This document shows, in pieces, positions 21,409 through 33,297 of a DNA stretch of 64,000 nucleotides. Position numbers and translations under genes: made by a program. Origin of the DNA: Alphaproteobacteria bacterium (GTDB lineage: Bacteria; Pseudomonadota; Alphaproteobacteria; MPNO01; UBA830). The stretch is taken from positions 1,952,001 through 2,016,000 of the forward strand of contig OZ251539.1 of NCBI GenBank assembly GCA_965243135.1. Reading direction: 5' to 3'. Below the pieces are notes generated by a model, which had not been told where the DNA came from, ran no database searches, and saw only the letters and a list, made by a program, of their open reading frames with translations. The stretch's first letter is position 1, and each line of letters starts with the position of its first letter.

Positions 21409-22456
21409 TTTGTTCTTGTATACGGCCGCCATGGCGGTCGAATCTGCACGCGCGCTTTCCGAGACCGAGCTGTCGGGCGACGGCCAAGCTCTGGCTGCGG
21501 CGTGCCGAACGAATGCGGCTCTCTGCCAGGCGCTGGAGAGCGCGAAAGCGGAGAAGTTTCGCCGCGACGCCGAGAGGTGGCAGGGAGCTTTCCACCGGGC
21601 GATGGCGCTGATCCTGAAAAAGAGACGCGAAGCACCGCCCCGAGAGACGGCAGAGAACGAGAGTCTGAAGTCCCGCAGCCGCAAGTTTGCCCGGGAGTTG
21701 TTCGGGCGCCGCAGCGAGCGGCAGCCTGCGGCAACTGGCCGACGCCGGGGGCGCAGTCAGGGAACGCTGTCGCACGGCCGCACGCCGCACCCCGAACTGC
21801 CCGTTCGCGAGGAGGAGTCGATTCCGGACGAGCGCACGTGCCCGGACTGCGGCAAGGCCTGGATCTCAAACGGTTGGAAGGACGCGGAGCTCGTCGAGGT
21901 CGAAGTCGCCGCCCATGTCCGGAGGACGGAAGCGGCTGCGCCCGACCTGTACCTGCCGACCGGAAAAGGAGGTTGTCGGCCCGGCTCCGGTGCGGCTGTT
22001 TCCGAACACTCGGTACGGAGTTTCCGTCTGGGCGTTCGTCCTGGCGGAGAGGTACGGCCTGCACCGTCCGCTGCGTTCGGTCTGCCGCGCGCTGGGCCAG
22101 CACGGGCTCGCTATTGCGCCCGGCACGTTGGCGGACGCCCAGCGACGGTTCCTACGCCTGGCAGCTCGACGAAGAGAGCTCCCGGCGCCTGTCGGAGGCG
22201 CCGATCGTTCACGGCGACGAGACAGGGTGGACGGGAGTTGGGCGAGGAAGACGGCGGCAACGCCCGCGCCTGGGCCGCCCGGGCGGCGGACGCGGTCCGC
22301 ATCGTTGCCGTCGCGCAGCGCGGAAGCCGCTCTTGAACTGTTCAGGGGTCTCGGCTCGCCCGAACAGGCGGCTCACCTGGTCTGCGACCGCTACTCCGCC
22401 TACCGGAAGCTGGCGCGAGTCATGGAGGGGTGCATCGTCCTTTCATATTGTTGGGT

Positions 22457-22860
22457 TTATGTTGTGGATCCAGTTATGTTGCGGAATGGTTGCAACGTAC
22501 TGAAAAACAATAAAATCAGATCCATTTCCGCAACATAATATTTTGCAGTGCATCAAGAAAGGCCGTAAACCTTTTGTTCTCTTTCCACGGGCGAACCGAC
22601 TCTGCGCAATGCCTGAGACAGTTCAGGCGTTCCTCAAGCAGCGGTGCGGCGCGAGGCTATGGCGCCGTGATCGACAAACAGATCCTCGAACATGGTCGTA
22701 TCTCCTTGTGGTCGGAGACATGACCATGGCAAACGAATGCGAATCCAAATATTATGTTGCGGAAATGCGTTTGGTTCCGTTGTTTTTCAAGTCGTTAGCG
22801 CTCCTCCGCAACATAACTGGATCCGCAACATAAGCCCAGTTATGTTGAATTCAACATAAC
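22457..22860 (-). mobile_element. Internally deleted RIT (recombinase-in-trio)-like element
   Basis: ~85-bp inverted ends with repeated TTATGTTG; RBS plus MFEDLFVDHGAIA..APLLEERLNCLRHCAES at 22693; TGGGT on both flanks; empty site ~55351-55365. Confidence 0.7.
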
Positions 22861-24221
22861 TGGGTCCACGCCAGGCGCGACTTCGTCAACCTTGAGACCG
22901 GCTACCCGAACCTCGCGCGGTTCGCCCAAAAGTGGCTTCGTCACGCATTATACCGTCTCAACGCCAGGCGTCTGGCGCGCCCGGGCAACGCCGCCGCCCA
23001 GCGGCGGCTCGCGAGGTTTGCCGGAGCGTTCTTCGCGGCGGCGAAAAAGGCACGGGACGCGCTCCCGGAGAGCGCGGCGCAACGCGGCCCCCTGAACTCC
23101 CTGCTGCGCCACCGCGACGGCCTGACAGTGTTCGTCGACAATGCAGCCGTTCCCATGGACAACAACCCCGCCGAACGCGGTTTGCGCGGCCTCAGCCGGA
23201 AGCTCTCGTTCGGGTCGCGTGGACGGAGCGCGGTTGGCAGGCATGTCCATCTTTGGCACGCTGGCCGGCGTCTCGCCGCACCGCTGGCTGCTATGCCTGC
23301 GCCCGTCGTCCGCCGCCCGAAGGCCCTGCTGCCTGGCTGCCGTGGGGCGCGGGCGAGGAGCGTCTGCGTTCCTGGCCTCTCCCCCAAGGACCGTGAACGG
23401 CGGCCCTTGCCGCTACTGCGGGCGCGACTTCTCCGAGGACGAGATCGACCCGCTCCCTGATCGCCAGGGGCGGCCTCCACCGCCGGGCGCTGTCGCGGGA
23501 GGTCTGTCGGCGCCTCGACTGGCGCAACGGCGGCCTAAAGGAGCGCGCGCGTCGCCATGTTGCGTATGCACCGCGACGGCCGTCCTGCCGCCGCCAAGGC
23601 GCGCGCCGGTCGTCCGCCGTCCGCTCGTGCCCGGTCCCGCGACCGACAGGGCCTTGTTCCCGACCCCCGAACGTCTCGCCGATGTCCAACCCGTCGCCGC
23701 GGAGCCTGTCCGGAACGCGGGCGAAGGCCGCCTCTGGAACGAGTTCATCGCACGCTATCTCGGCTACTCGACGCTGCCCGGCGCGGCGCTACTTTGCGCG
23801 CACAGCCGACGGCGAACCCCTCGCCGTCCTCGGCTTCGGCGCCGCAGCCTGGAAGATCGCGCCGCGGGACAAGCTCGTCGGATCCCGAGACCCGCCGCCG
23901 CACCGCTAGTGGTCAACAATGCCAGGGCCTTGCCTTGGATTCGGATCAAAAATCTCGCGTCCCCTCGCTCTGATCGAACGACGGCTGCCGGACGACTGGG
24001 AGCACCGCTACGCCTTGCGTCCGGTCCTGCTCGAGACCTTCTGCGAGAGCACGCGCTTCGAAGGAAGCTGCTACCGGGCCGCCAGCAGGGTCGGCAAAAC
24101 ACAGGGCCGCGGCAAGACCCGGAAAGAACGCGCTCTCCCGGTCAAGGACGCTGAAGCCCCTGCGGCGGGACTGGAGGCGAATCCTCAACGAATGAGCGTC
24201 ACCCCACGACCGAACGCTTAC

Positions 24222-25561
24222 CGAGACGTTGGGTTCACAAAGGGATATGAACGCAGGTGGCGGTTACCGCGAACATGGAACGTCCAGAAAGATGTTCCAG
24301 CTGGAAAAGGATGCCCGCAAGCAACTCTGCATGCTTTCCGATAATAAGATCTGGAACTGCAAGACATTGAACGTAGACGAGATACCGGATCACGGGGAGT
24401 CTGTACGAGTATTTAAGTACGGTGCAGGACTTCCGAAGTCGTCGCGGTCAGCGCTTTGGCGACGGTTCTCGCGATAGCGGCGCAACTATGCGGTTTTTTC
24501 AGTCTGACCGCCATAGCGGACTTTTCCGGGAAGTTGAATCAATCGCAGCTGGCGGAGGTGCGCTCATGGATGAAAGACGATGGAATCCGGACGGCTCCGA
24601 GCTACCTTTCATCGTGTCCTTTCGAATGTCGATCCGGAAGCCCTTGACAAGGCTTTGCATGAATGGAGCGCGCAATACCAGAATCCCGACGGTATCCTCG
24701 ACGGGAAATCCGTGCGCGGAGCGTCGCGGCAGGGAGACGGATGTCGTCGGTGCCGTCGAGCACGAAACCGGTTGCGGTCAGGTGAAAGTCGCAGACAAGT
24801 CAAACGAGATTCCGGCTGCGCGAAAGCTGTTGCGGAGCATGCAATTGTCCGGGCGTATTGTGACCGCTGATGCCCTCAGGTCGAAACAACCCAGTTGATC
24901 TTGGACAAGGGAGCCGACTATGGTTGTCAAGGGCAACCAGAAAACAATACTCGACGAAAGCAATTGACTGGAACGGAGGTTGGTAAAAGCGAAACGATGG
25001 AAAAAACGCATGGTCGAATTGACACTCGCATTTGTCTGGTCGTCGAACTCGACAAAACTTGGGATGGGTACGTCGAACTGCCCGGACGACGGCAGGCGTT
25101 CCGTGCGCACACGGCAGAAACTCAGAAAGGGAAAGATCGTCGGGACAACTTCGGAGATCGTTTACGGAGTAACTTCCGTCCCGCCGTCGCGTGGAGGACC
25201 TGCCGAAATTCTTGCTCGCCGTCACTGGGAAATCGAGAACCGGGTGCACCATGTTCGCGACATGACTTACGACGAGGATCGCCGCCGCAACCACGTCGGC
25301 GGCAGTGCCCGTGCACTGGCCCGCAACGCCTCCATCGTTCGGTTGCGCGGACCTGCCGCAGGCTCACCGGCACTACGACCTGCGCCAGGCCGTTCGAGAG
25401 CTGACCACGGAGCTCTTCTGACGTCCGACCGGTGGCCTCGCCTCTCGCGCCGCCGCCTCCCGCCGTCTCTTCGCCCGCCGCCGTCTCGCCGATCTCGCGC
25501 CGCTGACGCCTCCTCTCGGGCAGTGCTTGGCAACGACCGCGCCATTCTTGAATTCGCCCTG
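24222..25561 (+). pseudogene. ISAs1-family transposase remnant (possible DUF4338 tail at the N-terminus) with right end
   Basis: DFRSRRGQR, LDGKSVRG, KSNEIPAA, VTADAL, EKTHGRIDTR, RRHWEIENRVHHVRDMTYDED; terminus ATTCTTGAATTCGCCCTG. Confidence 0.8.
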
Positions 25562-26141
25562 GCCAGAATGTTCTCCGGATTGACGGCGTTCTCGTGCCAT
25601 GCGGTAGTAGCCGGTCACCAGAGCGCCCCTCCCCTGCGCCGCGGCGAAAAAGGACGAACCGGGATGCTCCGCCTGGACCGCGGCGCTCGCCACCAGCCGC
25701 CGGGTCAGCCGCTTGTCTCCCAGCGGCGCATCTCCGAACTCGTTCTCCGCCCAACTCTCCCGGTCGAGACCGCCCGCCGGGCCGAGCGGCACGCTAACCG
25801 GCGACGGCACGCCGAGCAACCGCCGCCACTTCCGGTCCAGCGCGTACATGTAGATCGACTTCGCACCGACCGGCGTCGCGCCCGGCGCTCTTGCCGACAA
25901 GTTGCCAGTTGGCGGCCCGCAGGCTGGCGCCGTCGTGGCGCGACAGGTCGACGAAAGTCTCCACCAGAAGCGGACGGTGCCCGTACCGCTCTTGGAAGTC
26001 CCGACCGACCCTGCCCAGGCAAAGGCCGAGCGCCGTCGAGGCGAGGTTCTGGCAAGGTGCGCGGAAGCGGCTCAGGCCGAGAACGCGGTGCAGATGCCGC
26101 TCCCGCGTCTCCCTGTCCCACCCGGGCGTCCCGCGCCGCAA
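25562..26141 (-). pseudogene. DUF4338-IS4 (IS50-like) transposase fragment
   Basis: CQNLASTAL...YGHRPLLVETFVD...GASLRAANW, then WAENEFGDAPLGDKRLTRRL. Confidence 0.75.
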
Positions 26142-26149
26142 GACGCTGC

Positions 26150-26590
26150 GACGGAGGCGGCGCGCGTCAAACCCTCGTTCCGGGCCGCGTTCGCCGCCCG
26201 CCGACTGACCGTTCCCGGTTTCCGAACTCCCGAGCGTCGGCGAAGCCAGTCCGGACGTCGCGCCTGCACATCCCCAGGAGTCGGGGCCTGCCCGGGCCGG
26301 GCGAGGCCCATCGGCGCGGGGACTGCCTGCGGACGACCCACGCTCTGTCCCCCGTCTACGCTTTCTGCCCGGCCCTTCCGGCCAACCGCAACGGATTCCG
26401 GGCCCCGGCTACGTCCCGCCGTCTTGGTCGCGCCCGCCCTCGACGAGGCCGGGCGCTTCTGCGACAGGCTCGACGAACGCCTCGACCGTGCGGCATGGAC
26501 GGAACTCGCCCCATGTTCGCCGGAATCGGCAAGAGCCGGGTGATCCGCGCAAGCCCCGGGGAGGAACCGCCGCCGGAATCCGGCGGCTTG
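26150..26590. repeat. ~440-bp dispersed repeat of unknown origin
   Basis: Second copy at ~44990-45420. Confidence 0.7.
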
Positions 26591-27211
26591 TCGGCGTTAT
26601 GCCCGAAGGCCGGTCATTTCTTCTTGGGCGGGTTGTTGTCCCGGCCGCCGCCGGACGGCTTGCCCTTGGTTTTGGAGGGCCAACCGGCGCCCTGCTTCCC
26701 GCCGCCGCCTTGTTTCGCCATGGCTGCTTCCTTTCCGAATCGGTCTCGTCGCGAGAGGACTCTCGCCATGAAACATATGCCCGGAACGCGATGCAACCCT
26801 CGCGAGCCGACCGCCGGACCCGAAACCATCCCCGGTCCAACGCCCTCTGGCCGCTCGCCGCCATCTTCCAGGTTCCGGCGTCCGCCGCCGGAACTTGGCG
26901 CCGCCTGTGCGCCGTAAAGGTTTTGCTGAACTCCGGCCGGCCGGTTCGTTACGGCGCCCGGCATGGAGTTCCGGAGTCCTGGTTCGGCAAAGCCTTCGGG
27001 ACGATTTCGCGCGCTTGCAGGGGTTGCTGGCGAAGAAGGTCTTCGCCTGCCGCAGCGAGGCCGTGCGTGCGCAGCGTTCGGGTTTCGGGACGGACTTGGC
27101 CGCCTGCAGCGAGCGGGCTGCCTGAAGGCGTCGGCGGAATTTCGAGGCGGCGGGCTGCGCTGCCGTCGCCGACGCGGGATGGCGTGCGGCGTCCGCGGCG
27201 CCTTGCGCTGC

Positions 27212-29374
27212 CTGTCCCCCACAAATCGATACTGAACTTCTGGGAGCCGATTCGCTACGGTGCCCGGCATGGAGTTCCAGAATCAAGTCAGTCTTCGGAG
27301 CGACGGCTGCGGGAGGTGCGTGGGGTCAGTCGCAACCAATTAGCTGGTTTGCGCGGCGTTCGGGTTCCGGGACGCCCGCGGTCGCTTGCAACGCATGACC
27401 TGCCTGAAGGCTTTGGCCGGAGGCGGAAGGGCACATTGCGTTGCCGCCGAGCCGCAGCGTTTGCCGACGGCAAAAGCGCGTCGCCGGTGGCGCCGGCGTG
27501 CGACGTGCCGGACGCAGTCGGCGCAGTCGAGGATCTGAAGCTGGTCCTGGTTGCGCGGCAGCGTGCGATCTGGAACGGACTGATGGCGCACGAGCACCCA
27601 CGTGGTGCCGGGCCGTTCGTGGGCTGTCAGCTCCGTTATCTCGTGGGGTCCGCGCATGGTTGGCTGGGGGCTGTCGGGTTCGCGGCCTCGGCACGCCGCT
27701 GTCGCGACCGCCGGCTGGAACGACGACCGACGGCGCGCTTGCCTGCACCGGGTCTTGTGCCTGTCGCGCTTCCGCCCCGGCATCGAGTGCCGCAATCTCG
27801 CCTCGCATGTGTTGAGACGGGTGGCGGGCGTGGCAGGGGACGATTTCGGGGTGCGCTACGGCTACCGCCCTGCTGGAGACCTTTGGATGGACAGCATACG
27901 GTGGATGGACAGCATACGGGAGCGAGTTTCCGGGCCGCGAACTGGCGATGGGTGGGGAAGACCAGCGGTCGCTCAGGGGGCGCGGCGAAGACACCGAAAG
28001 CGGTGTACATGTACGGCGCGGCGGGAGCACCTACGGGGTCCCGAACCGCGTTTTGCGCGGCTGGAGGCCGGGGCCGGCCTGGACCGGAAGAGCTGGGCGG
28101 AACAAGAGTTCGGCGGCGCGCCGCTGGGAGACGCACGCCTGAGCGCACGGCTGGTGACTTGCGCCCGGATCCAGGCGGACGCGCCGGCGTTCACGGGTGC
28201 CGCGAGGGGGGAAAGGCTTACTACCGTCTGCAAGCCGGACAACGAAGCGGTAACGGTGGAGAACATCCTGCAACCGCACCGGCGCTGCAAGCAGGGGGAG
28301 AAGACGGTGTTGTGCGTGCAGGACGGCAGCACGCTGAACTTCGCGAAGCGTGGCAATGGGTTGGGAATCAGGAACCAGACCGCCGCCGCCGCCCGAGGCC
28401 TGCACCTGCACGCCACGGTGAACACGGATGGGTTGCCGCTGGGGGTTCTGCGAGCCGCGTTCGACGCCCCGCAGCTGGGCGCGGAGAAGAACAAGCCTCG
28501 CGAGGAGAAGAAGCGCCGAGGGTCTTCGCGACAGTGCCGAGGCCGCCGCGGCTCTCGACGGCGTGCAAGTGGTCGGCGTCCCGGGAGGCGGACTTCGTCG
28601 ACCTGTTCGTCGAGCGGCGCGAGCGGACGCCGGGAGTGGAACTCTTGGTGCGGGCGAAGACCAACCGCGTCCTCGAAGAGGACGACAAGCTGTTCGACAA
28701 GGTGCGGAAGAGCCCGGCGCAGAGCAAGATGACGATCAAGCGTCTGAGCGCACGCGTCAAGGCCAGCAAGCAGGCCGCGAAGGCCACCTCACCGTCAGGC
28801 CATCGTCAAGCTGCGTTATCTCAAGGTGAAGTTGCCGGCGAAGGGCAAGGATCCCGTGACGATCCTGCATGTCCGCGAGGAAAACCCGCCAACCGAAGCC
28901 GCCCGGCGGTTCCTGTTGACGACGCTGCCGGTCGAGGGTGCAGCAGACGCCGAGCGCACGTGGTACGGTTTGCGCTGGAGAATCGAAGATTATTTCCGCG
29001 TCTTGAAGTCCGGCTGCCGAGGAACTTGAGAACCAAACGGCCGAGCGACTGCAACGCGCCGCTGCCATGGTCATCGCCTGGCGCATCCACGGCCCGCCTC
29101 GGACGGGAACTGCCCGACCTACCGCCCGAGCTTCTGTTCTCGGACGTCGAACTCAGGGTACTGGCGCTGTTCGCCGCGCAGCAAGGATGCGCCGAAAAGC
29201 CTCGCGGAAGCGGTTGCCTTGGTCGCAAACCTCGGCGGCTATTTCAAACGCAAGCGGGATCCGCCAGGCGCGGAGTTGATGTGGTTCGGCTACGCCCAAC
29301 TCGCCGCTATGGCTTTTTTTCGGGAACTTGAGGATGAATATCAATAATGTCCAAACGCCATTTATGGGGCACAG
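27212..29374 (+). mobile_element. IS4 (IS50-like) element with DUF4338-fused transposase pseudogene (27269-29347)
   Basis: TIR CTGT(C/G)CCCCA(C/T)AAAT; QLRYLVGS, RNLASHVL, WAEQEFGGAPLGDARL, WYGLRWRIEDYFRVLKSGC; frameshifted. Confidence 0.8.
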
Positions 29375-29659
29375 GCAGGCCTTGCGGGGCCGGTTCCTCC
29401 GCCAAAGAGCGCGCCGGAGGGAGCGGCCGAGGGTCTGGGGTTGGTGCCGGTGACGGGCATCGCCAGGAGTGGAACTCCTGGTGCGGGCAAAGACGAGCCG
29501 GGTTCTCGGCAAGGACGACGCCGACAAGCTGAAAATGCGGAAAAGCCCGGCGCAGGGCAAGCGGGTCGTCAAGCGTCTGAGCGCGTGCGTAAAGGCAAGC
29601 AAGCCGCGAGGGCCGTGCGACCGGAGCGCCAGACCACGGTCGAGCTAGCTGCCTCAAGG

Positions 29660-29860
29660 TCGACTTGTCGGCGAAAGGCGACGTCGAGTGCCGATCCATG
29701 GCCTGGGCGACGGCCTCCGAGCCGTAGACGCGGCGTGCGCGGCCTCCACCTCCCGGGCGGATAAGAGCGCCGGCGTTCGACCCGGCGAGGCGCCCAGCCG
29801 CATCGTGCCGCCGTGTCCGCCATCCCGTGCGAGAACGAGCCCGTCCACGCGGCGCCGCGT
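29660..29860 (-). pseudogene. Small autotransporter passenger fragment
   Basis: WTGSFSHG segment as in autotransporter 1. Confidence 0.45.
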
Positions 29861-30002
29861 CCCGGCGGGCGGGCGGCGCGCAAGGCGGCGACCCGGCGGA
29901 AACAACGGCCGTTCCCGGCGAAGGGCACGGCGACCTGCGGCGCGGTCCGTCGACGCCTTTCGCGGAGTCGCCGGCTGCGTCCGAACGGAACGGCTCCCGG
30001 CT

Positions 30003-31550
30003 TCAGACGGTCTCGAACTCGAACCCGACGATGTTGCGTTCCTCCCGGCCGAACTCCACCCCGATCAGGTGGACCTGTACGCCCGGACGCCGGTACTTGT
30101 CCGCGTAGCCGCGCTCCCGAATCTGCGCCAGAGCCCGGCCTTCCGGCTTCCCGTCCGCGACCTTGAACTCGAACAGGTAGACGTTGCCGCCGTACAGGAC
30201 CGTCAGGTCCGAGCGGCCGCGCGCCGTGCTCTCCTCGGCACGGACGTCCATCCCCGCCGCCACGAAGTGCGAGTAGAACACGCTCGCGTAGTGCGCCTCG
30301 TAGCCCGCCATGCCCGTGTTCGCGTACCACTCGTTCGGGATGCTCGCCAGGAACGCCCGGAACTGCCGCTCAAGGCCCGCGAAGTCGTTCGTCCGCAACA
30401 GGCGGCGCAGCTCCCGGCTCTCCGCCGCGACCGCGACGTCCGGCACCATCGCGCGCAGCAGCCTCCTGTTCAGGCTGAGTTTCACCTCGTAGTTCGGGTA
30501 GTCCAGCCGGTAAAGAAGCGCGTCGTCGTCCAGCTCCTCGTCGGCGATGGTCAGGTAGCCGGTCTGGAACAAAAGCGCTTCGGTCGAGATGTCGTCGACG
30601 TCGAAGGTCGAGAGCAGCTCGTCGTCCGCGATCATGCCTTCCAGGGCCGGCGCCGCGACCCGGCGCCGCGCCAGAAGGTCGGCGAGGAAGGTCGGCGTGC
30701 CGGTCCGGAACCAGTGCGCCTCGAACTGGCGGCGCCGGAAAAGCAGCAGGACATCGTACGGGTTGTAGAGTTTCTCCGCGCCGCGCCAGTTGTAGCCGTT
30801 GTACCAGCGGCGGACCTCGTTCCGGTCCAGGCCCTCGAGTTCCGGGGCGAAGACCGCGTCCAGTTCCGCGTCCGTGTAGCCGCAGATGGACGAGAACTCC
30901 GGCTCCAGCGTGATGTCGATCAGGTTGTTCAGGCCCGAGAACAGGCCCGCCTGCGAAAACTTGCTCACCCCCGTCAGGAAAACGAAACGGAGCTGCTCGT
31001 CGCACGCCTTGATCACCCCGTACAGGCTGCGCAGGAAGTCGCGGTTGGCCCGCGCCAGTTCCCGGTCGCCGAGCGCGTCCAGGATCGGCTTGTCGTATTC
31101 GTCCACCAGAACGACCACCTGCCGCCCGGTGCGCTCGTGCAGGGCCTCGATCAATTCCCAGAAACGAACCGACGCTTCGACAAGGCACGGTTCGAGGCCG
31201 GCGCGTCTTTCCGCCGCCGCCAGTTGCCTTTCCACGGTTACGCGAACCCCGTCCGGGGCGCGGAAATCGCCCCCTCTGCTGAAATCCAGCCGCACGACCG
31301 GATGGCGCGCCGACCAGTCCCACTGGTCGTGCACGGCGAGGCCCCGGAACAACTCCTCGCTTCCCTCGAACAGCTTCTGCAGCGTGTCCACCAGCAGGGT
31401 CTTGCCGAACCGGCGCGGACGCGACAGGAAATAGTACTTGCCCCTCTCGACGAGGCGGCGCATATGGTCCGTCTTGTCGACGTAGTAGCAGTCCATCCCC
31501 CGGATCTCCCGGAGGGAGGTCATCCCGGTCGGCAGCATGCGTTTTTCCAT
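30003..31550 (-). CDS. AAA-ATPase-like / PD-(D/E)XK nuclease protein, copy B
   Basis: RPRRFGKT, DEYDKP, EAHYAS, GRSDL..YLFEFK; upstream TTGACC-18-TATTCT-6-ATG. Confidence 0.9.
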   Translation of the reverse strand: MEKRMLPTGMTSLREIRGMDCYYVDKTDHMRRLVERGKYYFLSRPRRFGKTLLVDTLQKLFEGSEELFRGLAVHDQWDWSARHPVVRLDFSRGGDFRAPDGVRVTVERQLAAAERRAGLEPCLVEASVRFWELIEALHERTGRQVVVLVDEYDKPILDALGDRELARANRDFLRSLYGVIKACDEQLRFVFLTGVSKFSQAGLFSGLNNLIDITLEPEFSSICGYTDAELDAVFAPELEGLDRNEVRRWYNGYNWRGAEKLYNPYDVLLLFRRRQFEAHWFRTGTPTFLADLLARRRVAAPALEGMIADDELLSTFDVDDISTEALLFQTGYLTIADEELDDDALLYRLDYPNYEVKLSLNRRLLRAMVPDVAVAAESRELRRLLRTNDFAGLERQFRAFLASIPNEWYANTGMAGYEAHYASVFYSHFVAAGMDVRAEESTARGRSDLTVLYGGNVYLFEFKVADGKPEGRALAQIRERGYADKYRRPGVQVHLIGVEFGREERNIVGFEFETV

Positions 31551-32029
31551 CCGGCTAGAATAGGCTGCCGCAACGGAAACGGTCAATTGGTTCGAGGCGT
31601 TTGCCACTGCGCCCTTTTTCGCGCCTGCTTCCGCTTTCCGGCTGCCTGAACGCGGGCCTGTCCAGCCGGGAGAGCGCCGGGGCGAGGCGCCGCTCGTGCA
31701 GCTCGGCGGCGCCTGTCGCGCGCGACGGCAACTATGAGGGTTTGTTTCGCCGTTTGGCGCCCCCTCAAGCTTGAAGCGCAACATGCATGGCGGCCGGCCG
31801 ACCTGCAGCGGAAAGGTCAGGCGGTCAATCTCCGTCGATGAACGGCAAGGAGACATGGCCAAAGGCTGCCGACCCGTCGCCCTGAAGGGCAGGCCGAACC
31901 GCGAAGAAGCCGCTCAAGAGCCCGTCCTCGACGCCGGAAACTGCGTCGCAGCCGACGGTCGCGGACGCCGGCGACCGCAATAGTCGCTCGACTTCGAGGT
32001 CTCGCCGGCGGCGAACGGCGTCAGGTGCC

Positions 32030-32309
32030 CCTTGTTCGCGCCCGGTCCGTCGGCGGCGTTCGTTCAGCGACGGTTTCCGGCGCAGCGGCCTGGCGATCGG
32101 CGCCTTGAGCGTCGTCATGTTCTCCTCGTGGCGGCTTCTCCTCGTGGCAGCGTTTTTCGGTTTCGCTCTGCTGCTGCGTGGCCGCGCGCTGTTGTTGCCC
32201 GCGTTCGTCGTTGGCGCGGACGCCATACGCCGACGGCCGCGAGGACGGCCGCGGCCGCGTTGGCGGGAGCGACGGCGAGGCTGGCGATCTCGAAGGCGGC
32301 CATGAGCAT
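32030..32309 (-). pseudogene. Small membrane-anchored coiled-coil protein family, decayed
   Basis: MAAFEIASLAVA.. and RRHEENMTTLKA; paralogues at 47.7-48.0 kb and 50.9-51.2 kb. Confidence 0.5.
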
Positions 32310-32924
32310 CCTTTCCAGAGACGGTTTCAGAGACAGTATCCGCAGCGCCGATCGTCAAGGAAGATTTTTTGCCGTCCCGTTTCGAAGGCTTTCGGCGGCG
32401 TCGCGCAGGCTACGCGCCATCTCGCTTGACCGTCAAAAGGGGATGGAGACCATTCTCTCCTGCCGTGACGCCTTGCCGACGCGGTGCCGAACTCCCCCCT
32501 TTCTTCTCTTTTCCGCTTCCCCCTCTCCCTGCCTCCCCGAAACAGCATCAAAAAAACCGCCGGCCATGCCGCAGGCACATCTGGTTCACCGGTTGGGATC
32601 AACGCGACGCGCAAAAATGGGATAGACCTGTCTTGTCTCGAAGTCATTCGCTTTGCGGCTGCGAATCGGCTCCGTGTTGGACTATGCCGCCCGGACGAGG
32701 CGGATTGAATCCTGTTCTCTGCGATGCACGCGAGAAAGCAACTTTATCCTGCATGCTGTAGATTGAAATGCGCACCGTCGCGTTGCCCGGATCCAGGGTG
32801 CCCGAACGACTGAACAAAGCTTCTCGCCGTGAGCTCACTGCGAAAGGACCGATACCTACACTCAAGGCTCCGGGCGACCTCACGGATTTAGCGGGCGCTC
32901 GGTTCCGTTCGCACGGCCTCGCAA

Positions 32925-33262
32925 CGGAAAATCCCGCTAATGCCACTCTCGTCTCGACTGTTTCACGAACGAAGCGGAGCTGCTTGTCGCAAACCTTGAC
33001 CGTCCCGTACGGGCAGCGCAGGAAGTCTCGGTTGGCCAGCGCCAGTTCCCGGTCGCCGACCGCGTCCGGAATTGGCTTGTTCGTCCACCGGAACGACGAC
33101 CTGTTGCCCGGTACGCTCGTGCGGCGTCAGGTGCCGGAAACGGATCGCCGCCGCGCTCGGTGCCGCCGTCCGTCATTCGAGGCTTTTGAGGTTTCGTTCC
33201 GCTTCTCGGGCCAGTTTCACGTTGCCTGCCTTTTGGGCAAGAGCAATGGCAACCTCGAAATC
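32925..33262 (-). repeat. Duplicate of 51860-52197 (TPR gene 3' end plus AAA gene remnant)
   Basis: Near-identical sequence, cut at the IS1202-like end. Confidence 0.85.
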
Positions 33263-33297
33263 TGTCAGTAACAGATGATATGTCCGGTCCATGTACC

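Larger units (their letters stand above)
19730..24221 (+). mobile_element. IS66-DUF4338 element, decayed copy with three nested insertions
   Basis: GTAAGCGTTCGGTCGTGGGGTG ends; colinear with the intact copy 54047-56840; many small deletions. Confidence 0.85.

Noticed and set aside
22457-22860. Chromosomal dif (XerCD) site
   Set aside because: TTATGTT boxes lack the paired XerC arm with 6-bp spacer and belong to the inverted ends of an inserted element
32640-32920. Lower-GC fragment possibly from another gene
   Set aside because: No recognisable motif or intact ORF; cannot be assigned
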